Part shown: positions 8,908-15,989 of the stretch, one piece after another
How the letters are laid out: every line of letters starts with the position of its first letter
How positions within the stretch are numbered: the stretch's first letter is position 1
NCBI GenBank assembly: GCA_027053075.1
Contig: JALUEE010000029.1
Coordinates: 1 to 17,009 of the forward strand
DNA: 17,009 nt
Direction of reading: 5' to 3'
DNA from: a candidate division WOR-3 bacterium
GTDB taxonomy: Bacteria > Hydrothermota > Hydrothermia > B15-G9 > WFZT01
Position numbers and translations under genes: made by a program
The notes under the pieces: generated by a model
What the model was told of the DNA's origin: nothing
Seen by the model: only the letters and a program-made list of their open reading frames with translations
The model's database searches: none

Positions 8908-9429
8908 TCAAAAAGCATAATCTTCCCAAGTCATAATGTACCACAGATTGTCTTCAGGCCTTCTCCTCAAAATGAATCTTGCTCTGCCTTCTATCGAGCT
9001 TATTCCAGGAGGAGAAGGTATAAGGTTTAGATTGTAATTATAAATGAAGACCCACTTATTATCACCAAGTGGAACCCCTCTACCGCCGGTGAGTTCAAGG
9101 TTTATTTCATCCACATTGTTGAATATATTTCTTGCAGAAATGATTTCCTGCTCAAGCCCCCATGAAAGGCTGTCAATGCCCCAGTTGAGCTCGAGTATCT
9201 CGCGGATAGAGTCCTCTGAATCGTCAAAATAAAACCTGAAAGAATCCGGATCAAGGCATTTGATGTAGCCATTTAAATCTTTAGTAGAATAGGCGAGCAC
9301 CAGGTTGTTTATGACAATCTCTGGCTCTACAGGAAGTGGATATACTCCTTTACCTTCTCGGGGATTAAATGGATTAAAACAGCTGGACGCTGCAAGAGAA
9401 ATTCCAACGACGAGCAAGATTTTGCGCAT
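8908..9429 (-). CDS. Uncharacterised lipoprotein (173 aa), possibly NTF2/SnoaL-like fold
   Basis: Signal peptide MRKILLVVGISLAASS-C with a lipobox-like Cys. The pattern PEIVINNLVLAYSTKDLNGYIKCL and terminal WYIMTWED is reminiscent of NTF2-like folds. First gene of a tightly packed operon. Confidence 0.7.
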   Translation of the reverse strand: MRKILLVVGISLAASSCFNPFNPREGKGVYPLPVEPEIVINNLVLAYSTKDLNGYIKCLDPDSFRFYFDDSEDSIREILELNWGIDSLSWGLEQEIISARNIFNNVDEINLELTGGRGVPLGDNKWVFIYNYNLNLIPSPPGISSIEGRARFILRRRPEDNLWYIMTWEDYAF

Positions 9430-9436
9430 TTTCTTT

Positions 9437-9488
9437 ATTATACTGCGGAACAGTTTCATTGACCATTCCCCGAATATATGTTTATCTT
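9437..9488. promoter_or_regulatory. Overlapping divergent sigma70 promoters
   Basis: Minus strand: TGGTCA (9465-9460), 17 nt, TATAAT (9442-9437). Plus strand: TTGACC (9459-9464), 18 nt, TATCTT (9483-9488). Confidence 0.55.
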
Positions 9489-9496
9489 TAATGGCA

Positions 9497-10138
9497 ATGA
9501 AAGTACTTGGCTACACAATCCTCGCATATTTTATTGGTGCTATTCCTTTTTCATTTTTGATCGCCAAAACTGCTCGTGGGATTGACATCAGAAGGGTGGA
9601 TTCTGGCAACGTGGGGGCATTTAACGTATTTAAAAATGTTGGGCCAGTTTATGGAATCATCGCAGGGGTACTTGACATTGGCAAGGGATTCGTCCCACTG
9701 GCGATCGCCCGCTCGGCGGGTCTCAACCTTTACCAGCTTGTACCGATTACCATGGCGGTGATTGCCGGGCACAACTGGACGGTGTTTCTAAAATTCCAGG
9801 GCGGGCAGGGGATGGCCCCTACACTCGGAGCTTTCTTGAACATTTCTACTGTTGATATTTTATGGGCAGCACTTGCATTCGTCATAGGAGCTTTACTCGC
9901 CAAATTTGCTCATCCTCCTGGCTGGCTGTCAAAAAAGAAGAACTTCGGTGGTCTTATGGGATTTGTTGTGTACACCACCATAATTTTTTCGAAACCTTAT
10001 GTGAGCTGGGGAGTTAGAGCAAACTATTTTGCGGCACTCCCTGTTTTGCTGATCAGACAGTTTCAGGGGACAGCAAAGAAGAGAGCGTTCCTTGAAGGAT
10101 TGCTTGTACCAAAGAGGGAAAAAGATGAAAGAAATTGA
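9497..10138 (+). CDS. plsY: PlsY-family glycerol-3-phosphate acyltransferase-like membrane protein (atypical motifs)
   Basis: Motifs AYFIGAIPF, DIRRVDSGNVGAFNV, LDIGKG, AVIAGHNWTVFLKFQGGQGMA. The start is the ATG at 9497 or 9491; the ORF-track extension to 9305 overlaps the divergent lipoprotein gene. Confidence 0.75.
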   Translation: MKVLGYTILAYFIGAIPFSFLIAKTARGIDIRRVDSGNVGAFNVFKNVGPVYGIIAGVLDIGKGFVPLAIARSAGLNLYQLVPITMAVIAGHNWTVFLKFQGGQGMAPTLGAFLNISTVDILWAALAFVIGALLAKFAHPPGWLSKKKNFGGLMGFVVYTTIIFSKPYVSWGVRANYFAALPVLLIRQFQGTAKKRAFLEGLLVPKREKDERN

Positions 10139-11075
10139 ATATCTAAAAAGCAAAAAGGTGCTTGTTCTTTACGGAGGCTGGTCTCGGGAGAGAGAAGTTT
10201 CTCTTAGGTCCGGTAAAAGGGTTTTCGAGTCATTGAAAGGGATGGGATTCGACGTTTCTGCGCTTGACATGGGAAAAGATTTCTACGAGCGGATAAAGGA
10301 GATATATCCGGATGTGGTGGTGATAATGCTTCACGGTAAGCCAGGTGAAGATGGGACAGTTCAGGGAGTGCTTGAATTGATGGGAATTCCCTATACAGGC
10401 TCGGGTGTCCTTGCATCCGCTATCGGGATGAATAAGATTGCCACGAAAAGGTTGTTGATTGAGGAAAACTTACCCACTCCGCCTTATTTTTATGACCCTT
10501 TCGAGAAGAATCCAGAAAAATTGAGAGAGAAAGTACTCGAGAACCTGAGCCTCCCAGTGGTTGTAAAACCGGTTGAGGAGGGCTCAAGCCTTGGTGTACA
10601 TATTGTGAAGGATGAAGATGAGCTTCTTAAAGTGATCGAAGTGGAGCTCGTAGAATTTGGCTCTTTTTACTTTGAAAAATTTATCGATGGCAAATCAGTT
10701 ACGGTTGGTGTTCTTGGAACCGGTGAGGAATCATTTGCCCTGCCGATACTGGAGTTGAGACCAAAGGGGCACGAGTTCTATGACTACGAGGCAAAATACA
10801 CTCCCGGAGCAACTGAGTTCATTATTCCTGCCGAGCTCCCTCGTAAGGTTTACAAAGAACTTCAAAGGTACTCAGTTCTAACCCACCAGATTATAGGATG
10901 CAGAGGGTTCTCAAGGGTTGATGCAGTTGTATCTGAGGACGGGAAGGCCTACATTCTTGAGATCAATACAATACCAGGTATGACCGAACTTTCGGACCTG
11001 CCTGCAGAGGCTGAGCACATGGGCATAGATTACGACACCCTTGTGCTTCACATTCTATCATCTGCGTTTGAATAA
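10125..11075 (+). CDS. ddl: D-alanine--D-alanine ligase
   Basis: Motifs VLYGGWSREREVSLRSG, LHGKPGEDGTVQG, PYTGSG, VVKPVEEGSSLG, FYDYEAKY, LEINTIPGMT. The ATG at 10125 is preceded by GAGGG and overlaps the end of plsY. Confidence 0.96.
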   Translation: MKEIEYLKSKKVLVLYGGWSREREVSLRSGKRVFESLKGMGFDVSALDMGKDFYERIKEIYPDVVVIMLHGKPGEDGTVQGVLELMGIPYTGSGVLASAIGMNKIATKRLLIEENLPTPPYFYDPFEKNPEKLREKVLENLSLPVVVKPVEEGSSLGVHIVKDEDELLKVIEVELVEFGSFYFEKFIDGKSVTVGVLGTGEESFALPILELRPKGHEFYDYEAKYTPGATEFIIPAELPRKVYKELQRYSVLTHQIIGCRGFSRVDAVVSEDGKAYILEINTIPGMTELSDLPAEAEHMGIDYDTLVLHILSSAFE

Positions 11076-11134
11076 TTCATCAATCCGCAGAAGATTCAAT
11101 CTCTTGAAAAAATCCCCACCCAACCACCTGAAAT

Positions 11135-11767
11135 TTAAAATTCTGTGTAGACGTACTCGTCGTAAATTGTTTCAAGCTTTAGCTTATGTTTGGCCTCCTC
11201 ATCGGCGAGGAATCTGAATATTTGTTTCATTTCCTCTGAATCAGCCATTTCCACGAGAGCCTCGTAAAATTCGAATGCCTCTTTTTCCCTTTTCATCGCT
11301 ATAATCAGTGCATCCTGGAAATCCATAGCCGGGGATGGTGTTACATCCACAAGATAATCTCCGATCTTAAGGTCAGCTATTTTCTTTCCACCAGATGTGG
11401 TAAGTTTTAGTTTTTTACCCTCTTTAATATCCTGAATTTTCTTTTTGTGTTTTAGCTCCTGGGCAGCAAAGTCGGCGAAGACCTTCTTCATATGAGGTTG
11501 CTCGACCTTTTCCTCCCAGTACTTGTAGAAGTTGTAAGAGTCTTCTTCAACCTTAATAGCGAAATCCAGCACATCGTCTATATTTTTGAAACCTTCTTTA
11601 GGCATTTTAGGAATTTCTGTGAGGTTCTCTATACCTTTCAAGTACATATTTACCTGTTGTTCAGTAATGGGGACCATGGGTTTGCCGTGGCATATAAGGT
11701 CTCCTTCTCCATCTTTAATAATTTCAACAATTCTACCACACGTTTCACATCTGTAGTATTTCTTCAT
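11135..11767 (-). CDS. Desulforedoxin-like domain fused to a ferritin-like/rubrerythrin di-iron four-helix bundle
   Basis: N-terminus YRCETCGRIVEIIKDGEGDLICHGKPM, then two E...ExxH halves (AIKVEE...QELKH and AMKREK...EEAKH). SD AGGAGG. Confidence 0.85.
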   Translation of the reverse strand: MKKYYRCETCGRIVEIIKDGEGDLICHGKPMVPITEQQVNMYLKGIENLTEIPKMPKEGFKNIDDVLDFAIKVEEDSYNFYKYWEEKVEQPHMKKVFADFAAQELKHKKKIQDIKEGKKLKLTTSGGKKIADLKIGDYLVDVTPSPAMDFQDALIIAMKREKEAFEFYEALVEMADSEEMKQIFRFLADEEAKHKLKLETIYDEYVYTEF

Positions 11768-11780
11768 GGCTTTCCTCCTT

Positions 11781-12275
11781 TCATGGGCCGACGTGGATCA
11801 TGCCCCAATCTATATCGGCATCTTCGGTTTTTTCGGCCTTTTCTTTTTCTTCTTTCAAAATTTCGTAGTGTTTCATCTCAATTTCTGATAATTTTAACAA
11901 CATATTCTTAATACCCGGATTGTCCTCAAATCTTGGCGCAAGGTCCTTATAAAATTCATGTGCTGCCAGCTCGGCTTTCATACCCTGCTCAAGGACCTCG
12001 CTCAGCTTTACAAGCTCATGCTCTATATGGATTGATGGTAGGGGAACGGGCGTCTTCTCGGGTAGCTTTATCTCTCTTTCAGGAAAGATTTCCTTATAGG
12101 CATCTTCGAGAAATTTTCTATGTTTTTCCTCCTCTCCTGCTAAAAATTTGAGATGATCCTTTAGAGTGACATTTTTTACCTGTTCTGCAAGGCCACTGTA
12201 GATCTTATACGCTTCTACCTCACTCTTTATTGCGGTTAGAAGCAAATCTTCGAGCGAAAAGTCTTTCAAATCCAT
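11781..12275 (-). CDS. Ferritin-like/rubrerythrin-family di-iron protein without rubredoxin domain
   Basis: AIKSEVEAY...LAGEEEKH and GMKAELAAH...LSEIEMKH. C-terminal WGMIHVGP tail. SD AGGAGGT. Confidence 0.85.
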   Translation of the reverse strand: MDLKDFSLEDLLLTAIKSEVEAYKIYSGLAEQVKNVTLKDHLKFLAGEEEKHRKFLEDAYKEIFPEREIKLPEKTPVPLPSIHIEHELVKLSEVLEQGMKAELAAHEFYKDLAPRFEDNPGIKNMLLKLSEIEMKHYEILKEEKEKAEKTEDADIDWGMIHVGP

Positions 12276-12307
12276 CTTTAACCTCCTTTTTGAAAACCTT
12301 CTGCCAA

Positions 12308-12336
12308 AGTTTACTCCAATATGTCATATTGGTCAA
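12308..12336 (-). promoter_or_regulatory. Sigma70 promoter of the ferritin-like operon with a palindromic operator in its spacer
   Basis: Minus strand TTGACC (12336-12331), 17 nt, TAAACT (12313-12308). A perfect 8-1-8 palindrome CCAATATG-T-CATATTGG lies at 12316-12332. Confidence 0.65.
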
Positions 12337-12393
12337 GTTGACGAGAGCGTGTTCGAAAAATTTTAAAACCTTTGAATTTTAATGAAAAATTTG

Positions 12394-12448
12394 CCCCCCA
12401 CCTTATTCCTCCCCCCACGCACATCGTGCGTGGGGGGAGGATAGGAGG
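12394..12448. repeat. GC-rich palindromic (REP-like) element with adjacent pyrimidine-rich mirror repeat
   Basis: Perfect 16-bp stem TCCTCCCCCCACGCAC (12407-12422), loop ATC, GTGCGTGGGGGGAGGA (12426-12441). Mirror tract CCCCCC-A-CC-TTATT-CC-T-CCCCCC at 12394-12416. Confidence 0.7.
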
Positions 12449-12773
12449 CTGATATCACCCATGTTTTTGCTTGTTATGTATATTTATACAATGCAATCTG
12501 GGCGAGAAATTCAATTTTTCGCAGTAAATCAACAATTTTACCTGAAGGATATATTCGTTTATACCGCATAAAGAGAGTGTTCAAATATTGAGCGTAGTAC
12601 ACCTTTTTGAAGACCTGGCAAGGGATAAGGTGTTATTATCCAGAAATTCGTGGGTGACGTCAGGGATAGGAGGGGGGAATTTTCGAACGAGCTCAGTTGA
12701 CGAAGACCAGGGGGTGGAAAAATTGGGGGAAATTGATTAAAATAGGTGTTGAACCCTTCATGCGGGGTCAGGA

Positions 12774-12802
12774 TTGACATCATCAGGGGTTAACTATATA
12801 TT
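12774..12802 (+). promoter_or_regulatory. Sigma70 promoter for the tRNA-Trp/rpmG-secE-nusG-rpl-rpoB cluster
   Basis: TTGACA (12774-12779), 17 nt, TATATT (12797-12802), ending 14 nt before the tRNA 5' end. Confidence 0.8.
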
Positions 12803-12816
12803 AAATAGCCAGACAT

Positions 12817-12890
12817 AGGCCTGTAGCTCAATTTGGGAGAGCGTCGGATTCCAAATCCGATGGTTGGGGGTTCAAATCCCTCCAGGCCTG
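12817..12890 (+). tRNA. trnW: tRNA-Trp (anticodon CCA); 3' CCA not encoded
   Basis: Acceptor AGGCCTG/CAGGCCT with G discriminator. D arm GCTC/GAGC. Anticodon stem TCGGA/TCCGA with loop TTCCAAA (CCA at 12851-12853). T arm GGGGG-TTCAAAT-CCCTC. Confidence 0.96.
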
Positions 12891-12918
12891 CTTGCTAAAT
12901 TTTTATTGGAGGAAGAAG

Positions 12919-13068
12919 ATGCGGATTAAAGTCACCTTAATGTGCACTGAATGCAAGAGAAGGAATTACACCACATATAAGAACAAGGATAAGAAAAACG
13001 TTAAGCTTGAGCTGAGAAAGTACTGTCCGCATTGCAGGCGTCATACAATCCACAGGGAGACAAAGTGA
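12919..13068 (+). CDS. rpmG: 50S ribosomal protein L33, zinc-ribbon form (49 aa; not in ORF track)
   Basis: Manual translation [49 protein letters not shown], with two CxxC motifs. SD GGAGG upstream. Confidence 0.96.
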   Translation: MRIKVTLMCTECKRRNYTTYKNKDKKNVKLELRKYCPHCRRHTIHRETK

Positions 13069-13253
13069 TGTTTGAAAAACTCATTAATTTTATCAGAGAT
13101 TCAATTAATGAGGTAAAAAGGGTTACATGGCCCACCAGAGAGCAGGTGATTGGTGGAACCCTCGCTGTTATACTTGTTTCAACTGTGCTTGTTATCTATA
13201 TGTGGATTGCCGACCTTATAATTACCCGGCTTCTTAGTCTGGTAATGAGGTGA
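13068..13253 (+). CDS. secE: Preprotein translocase subunit SecE (61 aa, single TM)
   Basis: FIRDSINEVKRVTWPTREQV followed by one TM helix. The ATG overlaps the rpmG stop (TGATG). Located before nusG. Confidence 0.93.
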   Translation: MFEKLINFIRDSINEVKRVTWPTREQVIGGTLAVILVSTVLVIYMWIADLIITRLLSLVMR

Positions 13254-13260
13254 AAATTAA

Positions 13261-13818
13261 ATGACCGAAACTTCAAAAGAGAAACAGGAAAGCAAAAAGA
13301 AATGGTTTGTCTTCTGGACCTTCTCCGGTAAAGAAAAGAAGGTTAAAAGATTGGTTGAAAAAATCATACAGGAGGAGGGCCTGAAGGAAAAAGTTGGAAG
13401 GATTCTTATTCCGACTCAAACTGTGCCAAAGCTTAGGGGTGGAAAGAGAAGGATTGAGGAGAAACCGCTATTTAGAGGTTACATATTGATTGAAATGGAG
13501 CCTGATCCTGAGTTGATCAGTAAGTTAACATCTTTTAGGACGTTGAGGGCTTTGATTGCTCATGACACTTTGATTACATTGTCTCAGGAGGAAGTGGATA
13601 GGATTCTTGAGACCGTTGAAAAGGAAAAAGAGAAGAAGGCAAAAGAGATTCCATTCCTTAAAGGTGAAACGGTCAGGGTAATTGATGGGCCGTTTGCCGA
13701 TTTCACGGGAAAGGTGGAAGAGATTTACCCTGAGAGGGGTAAGCTCAAAGTGCTTGTAAATATTTTCGGAAGAACAACCCCGGTTGTTTTAGACTTTTTA
13801 CAGGTTGAGAGAGTTTAA
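13261..13818 (+). CDS. nusG: Transcription termination/antitermination factor NusG
   Basis: NGN domain ([24 protein letters not shown]) and KOW domain ([28 protein letters not shown]). Canonical position. Confidence 0.93.
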   Translation: MTETSKEKQESKKKWFVFWTFSGKEKKVKRLVEKIIQEEGLKEKVGRILIPTQTVPKLRGGKRRIEEKPLFRGYILIEMEPDPELISKLTSFRTLRALIAHDTLITLSQEEVDRILETVEKEKEKKAKEIPFLKGETVRVIDGPFADFTGKVEEIYPERGKLKVLVNIFGRTTPVVLDFLQVERV

Positions 13819-13838
13819 TTAGAAAGGAGGAGAGATTT

Positions 13839-14282
13839 ATGCCCCCTGTTAAAAAGAAGAAGGACGTAGTGGCTCAAATAAAGTTGCAGATACCGGCGGG
13901 TCAGGCAACCCCTGCGCCACCAGTGGGTCCTGCTCTTGGTCAGCACGGCTTGAATATAATGGAGTTTTGTAAGCAGTTTAATGATAAGACCAAGGATAAA
14001 GCAGGTCTTATCATTCCGGTTGTTATCACAGTTTACAAAGACAGAACTTTTGATTTCATTTTGAAATCACCTCCAGCTTCTGTGCTGCTGAAGAAGGCTG
14101 CCGGTATTGCGAAGGGTTCGGGAGAGCCAAACAAGGTGAAGGTTGGTAAGGTCACAAAGTCACAGGTCAAAGAGATTGCGGAGATGAAAAAGGCTGATCT
14201 GAATGCAAATGACATCGAAGCTGCAATGAGGATAATTGAGGGAACAGCAAGAAGCATGGGAATCGAGGTAGTGGAGGGATAG
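13839..14282 (+). CDS. rplK: 50S ribosomal protein L11
   Basis: [42 protein letters not shown]. Confidence 0.98.
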   Translation: MPPVKKKKDVVAQIKLQIPAGQATPAPPVGPALGQHGLNIMEFCKQFNDKTKDKAGLIIPVVITVYKDRTFDFILKSPPASVLLKKAAGIAKGSGEPNKVKVGKVTKSQVKEIAEMKKADLNANDIEAAMRIIEGTARSMGIEVVEG

Positions 14283-14286
14283 GAAA

Positions 14287-15000
14287 ATGCCAAAGCACTC
14301 AAAAAGATATCTTGCGCTGCTCGAAAAAGTTGATCTTGATAAGGCTTATCCTGTTGACGAGGCGATTAGATTGGTTAAAGAGCTTGCCTCTGCAAAGTTC
14401 GACGAGACCGTCGAGGCAGCGGTAAAGCTTGGTGTAGACCCCAGAAAGGCCGATCAGATGGTTAGGGGCTCTGTAATTCTTCCTCATGGAACAGGTAAGC
14501 AGGTTAAGGTGCTCGTTTTCACTCGCGGAGACGAAGAAAAAGAGGCCCTCGAGGCTGGTGCTGATTACGTTGGTTTCCAGGATTTAATAGAAAAGATACA
14601 GAAGGGCTGGCTCGATTTCGATTACGTCGTGGCAACTCCTGATACCATGAGAGATGTGGCAAAACTCGGAAGAATCCTCGGCCCCAGAGGTCTCATGCCG
14701 TCTCCCAAGTCCGGTACCGTGACCAAGGATGTGGGTAGAGTGGTGAGAGAGCTCAAAAAGGGAAGGATTGAATTCAGGGTGGATAAAACCGGAAATGTTC
14801 ATGTGCCAATTGGAAAGGTTTCATTCGATGATGAAAAGCTCAAAGAAAATTTCCTCACATTCATGGAAGAGCTTATTAATCTAAGGCCGTCAACATTCAG
14901 AGGAACCTACATCAGGTCAGTTCATTTGTCACCTACAATGGGACCCAGTGTCGAAGTTGATGTAAATAGCGTTTACGAAGAAATCAAAAAGAGGGGTTAG
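14287..15000 (+). CDS. rplA: 50S ribosomal protein L1
   Basis: [49 protein letters not shown]. Confidence 0.98.
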   Translation: MPKHSKRYLALLEKVDLDKAYPVDEAIRLVKELASAKFDETVEAAVKLGVDPRKADQMVRGSVILPHGTGKQVKVLVFTRGDEEKEALEAGADYVGFQDLIEKIQKGWLDFDYVVATPDTMRDVAKLGRILGPRGLMPSPKSGTVTKDVGRVVRELKKGRIEFRVDKTGNVHVPIGKVSFDDEKLKENFLTFMEELINLRPSTFRGTYIRSVHLSPTMGPSVEVDVNSVYEEIKKRG

Positions 15001-15002
15001 AA

Positions 15003-15527
15003 ATGGTTAAGCCAGAAAAAGTTAAAAAGGTAGAAGAGATAAAGGAACTTCTTAAAGATTCTAAGGGATTCTATCTTGCTGATTTCACGGGACTAACAGT
15101 TGCAGAGATTACGGACCTTCGTCGCAGACTTCGCGAGAAGAATGCTCTTATGAAGGTTGTTAAAAATACAATGGCAAGACGTGCTCTTGAAGACCTTGGT
15201 TATGAGGGTTTCTCGGAGATTCTTGTAGGTCCCAATGCCATAATTGTGGCCTATGAGGACCCTGTCGAGCCGCTGAAATCCATATTTGAGTTTATCAAAG
15301 AGGTCAATAAGACCCAGGTAAAAGTAGGTTACGTTGAGGGTACAGTTTTCGATGCAGATGCATTGAAGCAGCTCTCAAAACTTCCTTCAAAGGATGTTTT
15401 GAGGGCACAGGTTGTTGGAACCCTCCAGGCACCAATCTATGGTTTGGTCTGGAGATTGAAGGGAATGTTAACATCATTGGCGTTAGTTTTAAACGAAATT
15501 AAAAAGAAGAAAGAGGAGGTCGAATAA
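15003..15527 (+). CDS. rplJ: 50S ribosomal protein L10
   Basis: [33 protein letters not shown]. Located between rplA and rplL. Confidence 0.96.
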   Translation: MVKPEKVKKVEEIKELLKDSKGFYLADFTGLTVAEITDLRRRLREKNALMKVVKNTMARRALEDLGYEGFSEILVGPNAIIVAYEDPVEPLKSIFEFIKEVNKTQVKVGYVEGTVFDADALKQLSKLPSKDVLRAQVVGTLQAPIYGLVWRLKGMLTSLALVLNEIKKKKEEVE

Positions 15528-15529
15528 TC

Positions 15530-15925
15530 ATGGCCGAGAAGTTAAGTGTTGCCGATATAGTATCTGCCATTGAATCACTAACCGTGGTGGAGTTGAGCGA
15601 GCTTATCAAAGAGCTTGAGGACAAGTTTGGTGTGACTGCTGCAATGCCAGTAGCCGCTGCTCCTGCAGCAGGAGCTGCACCTGCGGCTGCAGGTGGAGAG
15701 GCACCAGAGGAAAAGACCGAGTTTGATGTGGTACTCGTCGAGGCCGGTCCACAGAAGATTCAGGTACTAAAAGAGGTACGTGCTATTACCCAGCTTGGCT
15801 TGAAAGAAGCTAAGGCACTCATAGATAACCTTCCAAAACCCGTTAAGGAAGGAGTTTCCAAGGAAGAAGCTGAAAAGATTAAGGAATCGCTGGAGAAGCT
15901 GGGAGCAAAAGTAGAGATAAAGTGA
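15530..15925 (+). CDS. rplL: 50S ribosomal protein L7/L12
   Basis: [22 protein letters not shown], Ala-rich hinge, [19 protein letters not shown]. Confidence 0.98.
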   Translation: MAEKLSVADIVSAIESLTVVELSELIKELEDKFGVTAAMPVAAAPAAGAAPAAAGGEAPEEKTEFDVVLVEAGPQKIQVLKEVRAITQLGLKEAKALIDNLPKPVKEGVSKEEAEKIKESLEKLGAKVEIK

Positions 15926-15947
15926 ACATAGTTTATATCCCGGTTAT

Positions 15948-15989
15948 GGTATTCCCCTCGTTCCAGAAATGGAATCAGAGGGGAATACT
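15948..15989 (+). promoter_or_regulatory. Structured RNA hairpin in the rplL-rpoB spacer
   Basis: GGTATTCCCCTC-G-TTCCA-GAAA-TGGAA-TCA-GAGGGGAATACT: two stacked helices with an internal loop and a GAAA tetraloop, and no U-tract after it. Confidence 0.6.

Noticed and set aside
9305..9490. N-terminal extension of the plsY ORF in the track
   Set aside because: It overlaps the divergent lipoprotein gene and the promoters; PlsY similarity begins at about 9497.
10125..11075. Possible D-Ala-D-Lac (Van-type) ligase
   Set aside because: The omega loop FYDYEAKY is the DdlB D-Ala-D-Ala type, and no van genes are nearby.
11781..11815. C-terminal WGMIHVGP as an encapsulin targeting peptide
   Set aside because: It does not match the LxIGSL-type consensus, and no encapsulin gene is in the window.
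12276..12301. Iron-responsive-element-like hairpin for aconitase binding in the ferritin-like 5' UTR
   Set aside because: An attractive idea given acnA nearby, but no CAGUG-loop hairpin is visible in the short UTR.
12461..12783. Short ORFs in the long spacer (36 aa on plus from 12461; 74 aa on minus 12559-12783)
   Set aside because: They have no recognisable motifs, and the minus ORF overlaps the tRNA promoter.
12817..12890. tRNA-Trp as an integration site
   Set aside because: No duplicated tRNA 3' end and no integrase are seen in the window.
13032..13067. Extended secE start from the ORF track
   Set aside because: It lies inside rpmG; the ATG at 13068 is coupled to the rpmG stop.
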